A DNA stretch of 47,245 bases from a virus (taxonomy: Duplodnaviria > Caudoviricetes): positions 1 to 47,245 of IMG/VR virus record IMGVR_UViG_3300031965_000051. One strand, written 5' to 3'. Of the stretch, positions 1-9,262 are shown in pieces. The first letter of the stretch is position 1; every line of letters starts with the position of its first letter. The notes below the pieces were generated by a model, which did no database searches, was not told the DNA's origin, and worked only from the letters and a program-made list of their open reading frames with translations. The position numbers and the translations under genes are program-made.

Positions 1-127
1 CCTGGCGGGGCAAGAGGCCGACCTGATTCGTGCGTTCCAGCGCACCGAGTCGGAGATGGACAAAATTCTCAAGCGCCTCGGCGGCCTGGAGGGTCAGAGC
101 AAGCGGAGCGGGAAAGAGGTCAAGGGA
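1..127. repeat. Terminal direct repeat, copy 1 (assembly overlap marking a circular contig)
   Basis: Bases 1-127 are identical to 47119-47245; 127 is a common assembler k-mer length and the repeat lies inside a CDS. Confidence 0.95.
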
Positions 128-1546
128 ATTTTCGATTCCGGCGTGAAGGGGGCCCTTGCCTTCGGCGCGACGCTCACCGGCGTCAACTCGATCACGAGCC
201 TGTTGCTGTCTGGTCTGCAGCAAGTCCGCAAAGAATTCGAGACCATCAAAGAGTTTCAGCGGCAAGCCGGCGACGTGAACGTGCAGCTCGCGGCGGCCAA
301 AGAGCGGGCCGCCCTGAACGCCGGCGACGTGGGCCCGGACGTGTTGGCGCGGCTCAACCGCGAGATCGCCGCGACCTCGAAACGCACCGGCGTCAACCAA
401 GCCACTCTTTTCGATGTGCTCGGCAGTGCGTTGTCGGCCAGCGGCGGCGACATCGAGGCGTCGCTCGACGCGACGAACGCCGCTAGCCAACTGGCACCGA
501 ACAACCCGGCGATGCTTGCGACCTTGGCCATGGCGGGGCTCGCCCTTCGCAAAATCAGCGAGGCGAACGCGCAGACGAACCTTGGGTTTACCTTGGGAGT
601 CGGCGAGCAGTCGTACGTCGTCGACCCCAAGCAGCTCGCGCAGAACGTGGTCCCCGCGATCATCGGCATCACAAAATTCGGCGACTCCCTACAAGAAGCC
701 GGCGCGTTAGTCGCTACGCTGACACAGGCAACTCAAGACCCCACTGGCGCGGCGACGCGAACAACCTCCGCATCACTCGCCCTTCAGTTGCGCGAGTTTC
801 TCCCGGAAGAAGAGGACACGACCACGCGGATCTTGAAGCTACAAGGTGACGAGGAACTGCGGCAGAGGTTTTTGGATAAGGCAACGTTCGAGAAGCAGGC
901 CGTACCCGCGATCGAGAGCTTGCTTACGCCCGAGGGATTCGGCGCGACGCTCAGGCAAACCGCCGCGAAGCTGCCCGGCATCGAGCAGGGCGAAGAGATT
1001 TTCAATCGCCGGGTCGCGGCGCTCGAGGCCGACCCGTCGATCCAACTCGCGCGGGCGGCGCGAGGATCGAAGGCGATCGGCGAAGAGCTCCTCGGCGGGA
1101 ACATCGGCGCCGCCTCCGGCGGGGTCGCGCGGGAGGCGCTCGGCAGCCTCTTGGGGGCGGCCGGCGAGGCCGACCTAGTAAAAAAGCTCAGCGGATTTGA
1201 ATTCGAGCGTGCGAGCCGGTTGGGTCAGACCGAACCCTTTGAAGCCGCCGCCGGCGTAATCGAGCAACGCCGCCAAAACTTGCTGAACCCAATGGAATTT
1301 CCCGGTTTCATGGCGTTCGCTGGCGGGCTGCCGGCTGTCGAGCGCGCGCCGACTCAAGAAGAGCTTCGATCAGCCCAGATCTTAGGCGAGGCGATCAAGC
1401 TTCTCAATGACGTGGCCGCGAAGCTTGACACAATCACGGCCCAAAAAGTCGAGGTCGACGTCAACGTCAAAGACGACCGGGTCGAGGCCGACGTCCGCCA
1501 GACCGCGCCGCCCGTCGAGCCGCCCGAGAAGTCGAGGAGCCGGTGA
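1..1546 (+). CDS. Tail tape measure protein (main part; starts at ATG 47096 and wraps the origin, about 522 aa)
   Basis: Ala/Leu/Gly-rich helical ORF directly after the tail chaperone; the frame is continuous from MANDVVIRLAGQEAD at 47096 through the overlap. Confidence 0.8.
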   Translation, partial: LAGQEADLIRAFQRTESEMDKILKRLGGLEGQSKRSGKEVKGIFDSGVKGALAFGATLTGVNSITSLLLSGLQQVRKEFETIKEFQRQAGDVNVQLAAAKERAALNAGDVGPDVLARLNREIAATSKRTGVNQATLFDVLGSALSASGGDIEASLDATNAASQLAPNNPAMLATLAMAGLALRKISEANAQTNLGFTLGVGEQSYVVDPKQLAQNVVPAIIGITKFGDSLQEAGALVATLTQATQDPTGAATRTTSASLALQLREFLPEEEDTTTRILKLQGDEELRQRFLDKATFEKQAVPAIESLLTPEGFGATLRQTAAKLPGIEQGEEIFNRRVAALEADPSIQLARAARGSKAIGEELLGGNIGAASGGVAREALGSLLGAAGEADLVKKLSGFEFERASRLGQTEPFEAAAGVIEQRRQNLLNPMEFPGFMAFAGGLPAVERAPTQEELRSAQILGEAIKLLNDVAAKLDTITAQKVEVDVNVKDDRVEADVRQTAPPVEPPEKSRSR

Positions 1547-1650
1547 AAAGAGTTGAAAGTTGAAAGTGTAAAGTCGAAGCGCTTTCAACCTTCAACGCGC
1601 AACTTTCAACCTTCAACTTTCAACCTTCAACTTTCAACCTTCAACTTTTC
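1547..1650. repeat. Heptamer tandem repeats (GTTGAAA)n then (TTCAACY)n, able to fold back
   Basis: gttgaaagttgaaag followed by many ttcaacc/ttcaact units in the intergenic gap. Confidence 0.85.
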
Positions 1651-1653
1651 GCC

Positions 1654-2163
1654 ATGCCTTTCCTCTTTGAATACAACACGGTCAACAAACAGGGAAACCC
1701 GACGACGGCGAACCTGTTTTTTCCCGGCACGCACGGCGTCTTGGTCCGCCGGCCGTGGGACCTCTTGACGCAGCGCACGTCGTTTATCGGGATCACGGGC
1801 GAGTCGGAGATCGGCGGGCGCGGCTCGGGCGGCGGGCGCGACCTCATCTTCGAGCACTGGCTGCACGCCGCCGACTTTCAGGTCGGCGGGTTCGTCAACC
1901 GGTTGCAGGTTGAAAACTACATCTTCGATATTGAGACCCGGATCGGCGACCACGGCCGGCTCATCTACCGATCCGTGCTACCGGCGTCGATCTTCGGCGT
2001 GCCGTTGCCCGACCCTTTTCAGCAGCCGTTCTTCGAGAAAATCTACGCGAACGTGACCCTCGACGCCTTCGAGATCAGGCCCGATACCGGCGTCTTTTTC
2101 GAGCCGTCGAAACTGGGTTGGATGACGATCGCGCTGTGCCGATTCCGGCAGCTCGCGCCGTAG
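1654..2163 (+). CDS. Putative tail (distal-tail position) protein, 169 aa
   Basis: First ORF after the tape measure; beta-rich composition; function from synteny only. Confidence 0.55.
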   Translation: MPFLFEYNTVNKQGNPTTANLFFPGTHGVLVRRPWDLLTQRTSFIGITGESEIGGRGSGGGRDLIFEHWLHAADFQVGGFVNRLQVENYIFDIETRIGDHGRLIYRSVLPASIFGVPLPDPFQQPFFEKIYANVTLDAFEIRPDTGVFFEPSKLGWMTIALCRFRQLAP

Positions 2164-2166
2164 ACC

Positions 2167-2190
2167 GTAGGGTGTGTGCTCGCACGCACC
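2167..2190 (+). repeat. GTAG-type REP-like palindrome (family also at 2906-2929, 6605-6632, 7055-7082, 21288-21311 on minus, 46099-46121, 47052-47079)
   Basis: Consensus GTAGGGTGYGTGCTNGCACGCAC: a GTAG tetranucleotide followed by a GTGCGTGC/GCACGCAC hairpin, always at gene junctions. Confidence 0.8.
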
Positions 2191-2228
2191 GTGTCACTAT
2201 CGTCCCCAAGTCGGCAAGGAGGCCGCTC

Positions 2229-2873
2229 GTGGATTGGAAAACCCTCACCATTCAAGCCCTTCGACTCTGGCAACGACCCGCGACGAAACAGGTGACGGCC
2301 GGGTTGGGGATCTTAGTCGTCTGCGTCGTCGCCGCCTGTCTGAAACCGGCCGCCCGGGAGTCCGAGCTCGACCGCCCGCCGAGCGTCGGCCAAGTCGATC
2401 CCGAGACGCACAGCGTAAGCAAGCCGGACCCCGCAGCCGAGGCCGAGGTGATCACGCTGCGGGAGGCGAATAGGGGTCGGGGGTCGGGGGTCGGGGGTCG
2501 GCAGGAAGCTCCCGATCTGCTCGGTCATTACTCGGAGTTGCCGAAGCCGACGGCGAATCGCCCCTCGTACCTGTTGCGTGGCGTCGAGCGGCCGGAGGTG
2601 CACGTCTGGTCGACGAAGAATTGCCCGGCCTGCGTGCGATTGAAGAGCGACGTCCGCATGCGCGAGGCGTTGGCGACGGGCTTCGTCTGGCGCTACTTCG
2701 ACGACCGCCCCGACGTGCCGAAAGACCTGCGCGTCTACCCCACTCTCTATTGGAAGGGTGCCGAGGGCAAGTGGTGGAAGGTCGAGGGTTGGTACGGCGA
2801 GGAGTGGTTTCTGGCGGCCTATAAACGGACACAGGCATCGGGCTACGGGAAGACGGGCTCCGGGCGCCCGTAG
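2229..2873 (+). CDS. Membrane-anchored thioredoxin-like (CxxC) protein
   Basis: AGGAGG then GTG at 2229; hydrophobic segment GLGILVVCVVAAC; C-terminal VWSTKNCPAC and YPT motifs. Confidence 0.6.
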   Translation: MDWKTLTIQALRLWQRPATKQVTAGLGILVVCVVAACLKPAARESELDRPPSVGQVDPETHSVSKPDPAAEAEVITLREANRGRGSGVGGRQEAPDLLGHYSELPKPTANRPSYLLRGVERPEVHVWSTKNCPACVRLKSDVRMREALATGFVWRYFDDRPDVPKDLRVYPTLYWKGAEGKWWKVEGWYGEEWFLAAYKRTQASGYGKTGSGRP

Positions 2874-2957
2874 CCTGTAGCCCGTAGTCTGTAGTGGCCG
2901 TAGCCGTAGGGTGTGTGCTGGCACGCACCGACTCAGACGCACCAACCGGAGCCACCC

Positions 2958-3230
2958 GTGCGAATTAAACTCCTCGGCCGCTACTGGCAGTTTCGGTTCG
3001 CGCGGATGCGGGGCCAAAATGACGGCACCTGTGACCAGCCGACGAAACCGCACAAAGAGATCCGCGTCGCCGCCGGGCTGGAGCCGAAGCGCGAGCTCTA
3101 CTGTACCGTCCATGAGGCGACCCACGCCTGCGATTGGAGCAAGGACGAGGAGTGGGTCGTCGAGTTCTCCCGCGACCTGACCGATCTGCTCTGGCGACTG
3201 GGCTACCGCCGACTGACCGCTGACCGCTGA
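2958..3230 (+). CDS. Small HExxH zincin-like protein
   Basis: GGAG then GTG at 2958; the HEATH motif follows a beta-rich N-terminus. Confidence 0.6.
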   Translation: MRIKLLGRYWQFRFARMRGQNDGTCDQPTKPHKEIRVAAGLEPKRELYCTVHEATHACDWSKDEEWVVEFSRDLTDLLWRLGYRRLTADR

Positions 3231-3249
3231 CCGTTGACCGCTATCCGCC

Positions 3250-5178
3250 ATGACCCTCTCGCGCCGCGCCAGATCCCCGAAGGTCCGCGTCAACTCGGCG
3301 ACGCCGAACCCGATCTTCCGGCCGCTGTCGATCCAGAGGTCGGCAGGCGGAGGGCAGGTTGATACGGCCACGTTCTTCTACGATCTCGGCGCCGCCGGCG
3401 AGCGGCTGATGGACGGCAAAGTCCCGACGGCGCACGACCAGTCGGTCAGCGTCATCGACCAGCAGGCGGACACCCTCGACTTTGACACCGACCGACCGCT
3501 GTTCGGCGGCAAAATCTCGGCGCAGCGTTTGCGATTGGGCCCGAAGCCGGAACAGGCGATCGTCGTCGCCCGGCTGGAGCGCTTCCATTTCGGCACTCCC
3601 CTCCTGGGGATGCCCTTCCAACCGCCGGGCAACACGGTCACGAAGCTCTACCACACGCCGTTCACGTTCAACCCCGAGGTGCGCGGCATCGTCGAGGCGA
3701 ACATGAGCGAGGCCGACGATCCGACGTTCGGCTTCCGGTTGTTCCTCGATCCCGACAGCCGGCGGACGGAAGGCGCGTCCGACACCTGGGCGCAGAGCTG
3801 GTCGAAGTGGACGCTGGCGAACGCCGTCTACACGCTTTGCTGGCTGCTGAATGGGCCCGAAGAGTACGTCTCGAACCCGGCCAGCGTCGCCGAGCTCGAA
3901 GCGATTCTCGGCACCGACCCGGAGCTCCTGAAAAACCATCGCATCGACTACGGACTCTATCTCCCCGAGGCCCTCGACGCGCTGTTGACGCCGTACGAAT
4001 TCGGTTGGTACGCGAAGCCGACGATCTTCGACGAAGACGGCCAGGTCCTCCCGGTGCTCACGTTCTACAAGAAAAACGCCGGCACCCAGGTCGACGTCAA
4101 GTTCCAGCGGCCCGGCGACCGGCTCGACTTGGCCGAGCACAACGTCTCCGGCTTCGACCTGGAGGTGGAGTTGTCGAGCACGACGAACGAGGTCGTCGCC
4201 CGCACGAGCCGGCGTCGTCGCGAGGCGACGATCGAGCTTTATAAGACCTGGGCCGAGGTCGATGACGATATTGACATCGACGAGCTCGTCGAGGGCGGCC
4301 CCGAGTATGAGGCCCGGCCGCACGTCTGGCGGAAGTGGGCGGCGAACGAGGACGGCAGCTATACGAGCCTGGGCCGGCCCGAGGTGCCGACTCCGTTCAA
4401 CGACCTCGACTTGCCCATCTTTGACGGCGTCGACGCCGTCTATCCCCGCCGTCGAAAGCTGATGCCGGCGTTGACGCTCCAAGATGGCGCCCCGAAGGGA
4501 CCCGGCGGCGTCGTCGTCGAGTGGGAGCGCGAGCCGGGCGATTGGGTCCGGCTCCCGCCCAATCCCGAAGAGGTCGAGGGCGATTGGGCCTACAACGTGT
4601 TGGAATACGAGCTGGGCATCGTGTTCATTGGCAAGCTCCCGCCCGAGCCGCTGCATGCTCAGGGCGCGGCGGCACGGATCCGGGTCACCGGCACGATCGA
4701 GGCCGACAAAGCCTACGAGACGGTCGCCGCGAAGGTCGCGACCAGCCCTTTGAACGACACGCACGTCCTCTTCCTCGATCTGGCGAGCGACTTCCACGAC
4801 ACGCTCCGCCGCGGCGACAGCGCCTTGAACGAGATCTCGACCGTCGACGAGTCCGACGACAAAGCGGCCTTGGACGCTTACGCGGCCGTCGTCAAGGACC
4901 GCCGCGACGTGGCCCGGATCGTCGGCCAGATCGTGCTCGAAGGGGCCGACCACCCGGAGTACGAGATCGGCCAGGTCGTCACCAAGGTCGCGGGCCGGGA
5001 GATCAGCCTGAACGCACGCAGCGCCGCGAGCCCGCTGGCGCCCTTGTATCCCGAGATCGTCGCGATCCGGCTCGACTATCAGCCGAAGCAACTGACGACG
5101 CTGTTCCTCGGCGCTCCGCCGGGCCGCCTGCCGCCGGTCCAAAAACGGCCGCCGGAACCAGAAACGGAGTTTGTCTGA
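3250..5178 (+). CDS. Putative tail tip/hub protein, 642 aa
   Basis: Long acidic ORF with host-like codon usage downstream of the tape measure; C-terminal YEIGQVVTKV...IVAIRLDY...TTLFLG resembles tail hub termini. Confidence 0.6.
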   Translation: MTLSRRARSPKVRVNSATPNPIFRPLSIQRSAGGGQVDTATFFYDLGAAGERLMDGKVPTAHDQSVSVIDQQADTLDFDTDRPLFGGKISAQRLRLGPKPEQAIVVARLERFHFGTPLLGMPFQPPGNTVTKLYHTPFTFNPEVRGIVEANMSEADDPTFGFRLFLDPDSRRTEGASDTWAQSWSKWTLANAVYTLCWLLNGPEEYVSNPASVAELEAILGTDPELLKNHRIDYGLYLPEALDALLTPYEFGWYAKPTIFDEDGQVLPVLTFYKKNAGTQVDVKFQRPGDRLDLAEHNVSGFDLEVELSSTTNEVVARTSRRRREATIELYKTWAEVDDDIDIDELVEGGPEYEARPHVWRKWAANEDGSYTSLGRPEVPTPFNDLDLPIFDGVDAVYPRRRKLMPALTLQDGAPKGPGGVVVEWEREPGDWVRLPPNPEEVEGDWAYNVLEYELGIVFIGKLPPEPLHAQGAAARIRVTGTIEADKAYETVAAKVATSPLNDTHVLFLDLASDFHDTLRRGDSALNEISTVDESDDKAALDAYAAVVKDRRDVARIVGQIVLEGADHPEYEIGQVVTKVAGREISLNARSAASPLAPLYPEIVAIRLDYQPKQLTTLFLGAPPGRLPPVQKRPPEPETEFV

Positions 5179-5465
5179 TGGCCCGCGGTCCCGCCACTCG
5201 CCTCGGCCTCGCGCCCAAGTCAGGCGGCGCGCCCGAGATCGAAGGCGTGCTGAAGACGGCGCTGTCGGCCGGCGGCACCGCGACGGGGACGGTTTACAAG
5301 GTCACCGCGGGTGCCTTTACCGTCACGTCGCGCGAGGAAGAATTGAAAGACCGCGCGGGGTTCGCCGGCCCGGTCGGGCGCTACTTCAAGGCGGTCCGAA
5401 TCAACGGCGAGTGGCGGGTCGACGTGATCGGCTGCCCCGGCTCGCCGTTCGGCGACGAGGAGTAA
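5178..5465 (+). CDS. Small tail-associated protein, about 95 aa
   Basis: TGATG overlap with the upstream stop; MARGPATRLG...WRVDVIGCPG. Confidence 0.6.
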   Translation: MARGPATRLGLAPKSGGAPEIEGVLKTALSAGGTATGTVYKVTAGAFTVTSREEELKDRAGFAGPVGRYFKAVRINGEWRVDVIGCPGSPFGDEE

Positions 5466-5469
5466 GCCG

Positions 5470-6309
5470 ATGGCTTGGCCCCCCGGCTGCAACCCCTGCA
5501 ACGATCCCTGCATCGCGTTGCCAAGTTCGTTCGATAACGGTTGCGTGGACATTGCGATTGCGCCGGCGGCTGGAGCGAAAAAGAACGTTCGCGTCCCGTG
5601 CTGTTTGGAAGATTTGCCGGACAAACTCAACGCCACGGTATCGTCGGCATGCGATCTCAGCAAGCAGAACGTCGTCTTGCTCACGTGGGACGAATGCAAC
5701 AGCCAGTGGCGAGGTAGCGGTCGGCTGTGCAACGGCGGCCTCGGGCTTGTTTTGACACTTCATTGCAGCTCGAACGGTTTTTGCTTAACGATCAGCGGTT
5801 GCGGCAACCCGTTCAGCCGCCTTGCTGACGGGGCCGGCACGTGCAATCCGTTCAGCCAAACATGGTCGAACGTCTGTTTGGGACGAGCTTGCTGCCCGAC
5901 CCGAATCTGCGCGGGCTGCGATGATCTCTTGCTACCTTGTATTCTTAACTTTGACGCCCAATATAACTTCAACGGCTTCATCGTCCCCGATTTCAATGTG
6001 TCTGTAAACCTGAGCGGTGAGCTCGTCTTTGATCCATCAATCGGGATCTGGAGAGGTTGTGTCCCAACCGGATTGATCGATGGATTCATAGGGCCGCTGT
6101 ATCTAGGTCTCAATTTCTCCGCATCTGGTGCAGGTTGTGGCATCACCGGTGTTCGCGCGAATAGTGATTGTTTTACGGCAGGTTGTACTACAACTACATC
6201 TGGGTTTACTCTTGTCGCCTCAAGTTGTGATCCCTTCATGCTTCAGGCGCCATTACATCTGAGTTTTGGCGGTTGCGGCGACAACGCTGTAGTAACGATT
6301 TACGAATGA
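5470..6309 (+). CDS. Cys-rich putative tail tip/receptor-binding protein with an internally duplicated domain
   Basis: About 25 Cys in 279 aa; two related halves (LPxxL...W/FD...WRG...L.L...CxPF); lower GC in the 3' half. Confidence 0.6.
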   Translation: MAWPPGCNPCNDPCIALPSSFDNGCVDIAIAPAAGAKKNVRVPCCLEDLPDKLNATVSSACDLSKQNVVLLTWDECNSQWRGSGRLCNGGLGLVLTLHCSSNGFCLTISGCGNPFSRLADGAGTCNPFSQTWSNVCLGRACCPTRICAGCDDLLLPCILNFDAQYNFNGFIVPDFNVSVNLSGELVFDPSIGIWRGCVPTGLIDGFIGPLYLGLNFSASGAGCGITGVRANSDCFTAGCTTTTSGFTLVASSCDPFMLQAPLHLSFGGCGDNAVVTIYE

Positions 6310-6620
6310 CCGATTGCACGTGTGCCCACGCGGGCTACTGCTCGCGATTCCGTCGCATGATGAACGCCCGGCAGCGAGAGATCTGTCGTGGCGAATGCTC
6401 GCTCCCGTGCCCCGGCCGTGAACGTTGGGTCGAATTGCTCGAGCGCCGCGCCAAGTCGCTTCCGGCCGCGACGGGGAAGATCCCGAGTCGCGGCGTCGGC
6501 GACACGATCGCGAAGGTCACCACTGCCATCGGCCTGTCACCCTGCGGCGGCTGTAAGAATCGGCAGGAAGCGTTGAACAAGCTGTTTCCCTATAAGGGCC
6601 AGACGTACGGTGCGTGCTAG
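6306..6620 (+). CDS. Cys-rich small phage protein
   Basis: ATGA overlap; motif RGVGDTIAKVT...PCGGCKNRQEALNKLFPY, a type I recall from ends of phage tail modules. Confidence 0.65.
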   Translation: MTDCTCAHAGYCSRFRRMMNARQREICRGECSLPCPGRERWVELLERRAKSLPAATGKIPSRGVGDTIAKVTTAIGLSPCGGCKNRQEALNKLFPYKGQTYGAC

Positions 6621-6635
6621 CACGCACGCTACAGT

Positions 6636-6740
6636 CCCGTAGCCCGTCTTCCCGTAGCCCGTCTTCCCGTAGCCCGGCTTCCCGTAGCCCGGCTTCCCGT
6701 AGCCCGGCTTCCCGTAGCCCGGCTTCCCGCAGCCCGTCTT
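6636..6740. repeat. 15-bp tandem repeat x7 (CCCGTAGCCCGKCTT)
   Basis: Seven contiguous copies read directly, with no spacers. Confidence 0.95.
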
Positions 6741-6783
6741 TCCCGCGATAATAGGAGCAACGCCGATGGTGAGGGAAGTGCGT

Positions 6784-7053
6784 ATGAGCGACGAGCACGA
6801 CGACCTCTCGCCCGCGAGGCCGCGCCACGACCTCGTGCGCGACGCCGACGCCGAGGTGGCGCCCCAGCGGCGATCGATCTTCGAGGGCACGGTGATCAAG
6901 CGGCACGTCGGCTGCGACGTCTCGATGCGCGATTGGCGGCGTCTGCGGGCCAAACTCGCCCGAGAGAAAGTCTCAATCGCCGACTATTTTCGCCGCCTCG
7001 TCCAGCAAACGATCTCCGACGAGCCGGACCCGGTGGAGGAGGGCGGCTCGTGA
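6784..7053 (+). CDS. Putative ribbon-helix-helix DNA-binding protein
   Basis: RHVGCDV strand followed by RDWRRLRAKLAREKVSIADYFRRLV, an RHH-like pattern. Confidence 0.5.
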   Translation: MSDEHDDLSPARPRHDLVRDADAEVAPQRRSIFEGTVIKRHVGCDVSMRDWRRLRAKLAREKVSIADYFRRLVQQTISDEPDPVEEGGS

Positions 7054-7078
7054 AGTAGGGTGCGTGCTAGCACGCACG

Positions 7079-7924
7079 CTACTGTTCCCCCACCTCCCCC
7101 CGGATCGCGCCGCACAAACGCCGGATGTTGTCCTCGATCAGCTCGTAAGCCATGCCGCCGGCGTCGGTCAGTTTGCCGGCGTCATAAGTCGCGCGCCAAA
7201 CCTCGCGGTCGCCGTCGGGGTAGTGGTAGCGGCCGACCCACTCGCCGTGCCGCAGCCCGAGCTCATAATGGCCCTCGATCGTCGGCAATCCGTCGCCCTT
7301 GAACCACTTCTCGCCGAAGCGGTAGCGGCCGTGGTTCACGGGATAACCCTCGGGGCCGATCGTCACCTCGCGAAGGGCCTCGGCGACCAGGTGGGGAGGG
7401 GTGACATAGCCGAGGCGGGTCTCCCCCCGCGTGATCGACGCCAACCTCTCGGCGCTAATCCCGCCGCGCTGGCCGAGATCGACGATATAGAACGTCTCCC
7501 GCGCCCGCACCTTCTCGATCTCGGCGACCCGCGCCGCCAGCCGTTCGTTCTGCTCCCGGAGATCCGCGAACCCCAGCTCGCCGTCGTCAGCCCCGACGCC
7601 CGTAGTCCGAACCCCGTAGCCTGACACCCGAAGCCAGCCTGGCCGTAACACCCAGGTGACCGAGACGATGATCGCCAATGCGGTGATCAACAGCGAGCCG
7701 ACCAGCCAGCGCCGGCCGGCGCGATCGTCGACCCGTAGGCCGACACCCGAAGCCAGCACGGCCAGGTCGATCGAAGCGTCGGCGGGCGCCACGAACGTCG
7801 GCCCGACGGCGACGGTCCCGTGGCATCTCGGGCAGCGGGCGATCTGCCCGATCCAGCCCTTGGGGGCCTTCAGTCGCGTCCCGCACCGCTCGCAATCCAT
7901 CCGCACGTGGTCGAGTGTCAACAT
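7079..7924 (-). CDS. Zn-ribbon plus transmembrane protein
   Basis: CERCG...CPRCH at the N-terminus, one TM helix (WLVGSLLITALAIIVSVTWVL), then a soluble domain. Confidence 0.7.
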   Translation of the reverse strand: MLTLDHVRMDCERCGTRLKAPKGWIGQIARCPRCHGTVAVGPTFVAPADASIDLAVLASGVGLRVDDRAGRRWLVGSLLITALAIIVSVTWVLRPGWLRVSGYGVRTTGVGADDGELGFADLREQNERLAARVAEIEKVRARETFYIVDLGQRGGISAERLASITRGETRLGYVTPPHLVAEALREVTIGPEGYPVNHGRYRFGEKWFKGDGLPTIEGHYELGLRHGEWVGRYHYPDGDREVWRATYDAGKLTDAGGMAYELIEDNIRRLCGAIRGEVGEQ

Positions 7925-7927
7925 CGC

Positions 7928-8167
7928 TCATGCTCTCCGGCGTCGTTTGGCCCGTCGCTCGAGGTCGGCGGCGAGCAGATGAAGAAGTTGCCTTGCGGTG
8001 GCCGACGGCCGCCGCCGCCCCTGCTCCCACGAGCGGACGGTGTCGAGCGAGACGCCGACCCGCCGCGCGAACTCCGGCTGCGATTCGCCGAACCGCTCGC
8101 GTAAACTACGGATTGAAACCACGGATCCATCCTCCGTCGTGTAAGGTGCCCGCCGCTTTCGCAGCAA
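7928..8167 (-). CDS. XRE-family HTH regulator (YiaG/HigA-like)
   Basis: IRSLRERFGESQPEFARRVGVSLDTVRSWEQGRRRPS is a canonical HTH_3 pattern. Confidence 0.85.
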   Translation of the reverse strand: MLRKRRAPYTTEDGSVVSIRSLRERFGESQPEFARRVGVSLDTVRSWEQGRRRPSATARQLLHLLAADLERRAKRRRRA

Positions 8168-8197
8168 GGCAGAAACCCGCGCGCCGGCGGGAGAAGG

Positions 8198-8635
8198 TTA
8201 GCGAACTTCAAGCGACCGCCACAGCGCACGTGCCGCTTTTTTCATGCGAGCCGGCCACCATGCCTGTTGGACCGGGATCAGCGGGCAAAAATCGAGACCC
8301 GTGTCATTTCGCCAAGCGACGAAGCGCTCGCGGGCTTGCGCCTTCGAGCCCGCGATAACGAAAACGGCAAACGTCGTCCACGCGCCCGAAAAGGTTTGAG
8401 CCAGGCGCACCATCGGCTCATCGGAAAGATCCATCGCATTCGCGACCCACAGGTGTGGCTTTGCGTCGCAGGTCGCGATCAGCTCGCGGCGTGCCTGCGC
8501 CCACTCGCGCAGCCGGCGAAGGTCGCTGCGCACCAGCCGTCGCACCGTCTGAAGCCTTTCGTCGCGACTTTGGCCGGCGAAGTAGGCTCGGCCGCTGGTC
8601 GGCTTGGCGGCAAAGGCTTGGAGTTCATTTGTCAT
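8198..8635 (-). CDS. Hypothetical protein (MTNELQAFAAK...)
   Basis: SD AAGGGAG within a duplicated leader precedes ATG 8635. Confidence 0.6.
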   Translation of the reverse strand: MTNELQAFAAKPTSGRAYFAGQSRDERLQTVRRLVRSDLRRLREWAQARRELIATCDAKPHLWVANAMDLSDEPMVRLAQTFSGAWTTFAVFVIAGSKAQARERFVAWRNDTGLDFCPLIPVQQAWWPARMKKAARALWRSLEVR

Positions 8636-8638
8636 CGT

Positions 8639-8682
8639 ATTTCTCCCTTCATTCACCCGGCCGAGGCGGTCGGCCGATCCGG
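8639..8682 (-). repeat. Duplicated 42-44 bp leader (hairpin plus SD); second copy at 9195-9236
   Basis: atttctcccttcattc(ac)ccggccgaggcggtcggccgatccgg occurs twice. Confidence 0.9.
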
Positions 8683-8693
8683 CGAGCTGCGTC

Positions 8694-9191
8694 TCAGCCC
8701 AGTAGCTGCACCACCGCGTGAGCACGATCTCTCGCGGCCGGAGAGCCGTCAGCCTCCTCAAGTCGCTTGGCCTTGCCGAGCAACTCCGCCTCGCTAGTAG
8801 CGACCAGCGAGTCCGGGTCCGATGCCATCTCCATCGGCCCAGCATCCTCGATCTCATGGATCGTCGGCCCGCCCGGAAAGGTCGCCGCCCACACTGGCAC
8901 TACACGATCCCCGTCAAAATCCGACGTGATCCATATCGTCGCGGCTCGCCGAGGAGTCCGGCGCAGGGTCACGTGTCGATAGTCGTCGTCAACATCGACG
9001 ATCCCGGCGGCACGCTGCTTGGCGCACTCGCCGCGGATCATACCCTCTGTGGCGCCCTCTTTGTCCTCGCGTACCGCCGCAACCAATTTTTGCCACGCGA
9101 CCGGCTGGCCAACTGATGCCAAGCGTCGCAGTGCCGCGATTAACGGGTTGGTGCGTGCTGCCAATGATTTGAGGTCAATGTCGTTTTCCAT
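8694..9191 (-). CDS. Hypothetical protein, possible winged-helix N-terminus
   Basis: SD in the duplicated leader before ATG 9191 (MENDIDLKSL...). Confidence 0.6.
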   Translation of the reverse strand: MENDIDLKSLAARTNPLIAALRRLASVGQPVAWQKLVAAVREDKEGATEGMIRGECAKQRAAGIVDVDDDYRHVTLRRTPRRAATIWITSDFDGDRVVPVWAATFPGGPTIHEIEDAGPMEMASDPDSLVATSEAELLGKAKRLEEADGSPAARDRAHAVVQLLG

Positions 9192-9262
9192 TTCATTTCT
9201 CCCTTCATTCCCGGCCGAGGCGGTCGGCCGATCCGGTCGAGCGTCGTGTCGCTCAACATCAT

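Noticed and set aside
1-127. Biological terminal repeat of the virion DNA
   Set aside because: The length equals a common k-mer, it falls mid-gene, and a GpA-type terminase suggests cos ends elsewhere.
3241-5142. Long antisense ORFs (also 39274-40650, 42411-43757) and off-frame ORFs such as 11373-13034
   Set aside because: Shadows of real genes caused by high GC3; Arg/Gly/Pro-rich with no motifs.
5470-6309. Diversity-generating retroelement target
   Set aside because: No reverse transcriptase and no TR/VR nucleotide repeat pair seen.
6636-6740. CRISPR or coding repeat (REAGL/GYGKP ORFs)
   Set aside because: A contiguous 15-mer without spacers; the ORFs are artefacts of the repeat.
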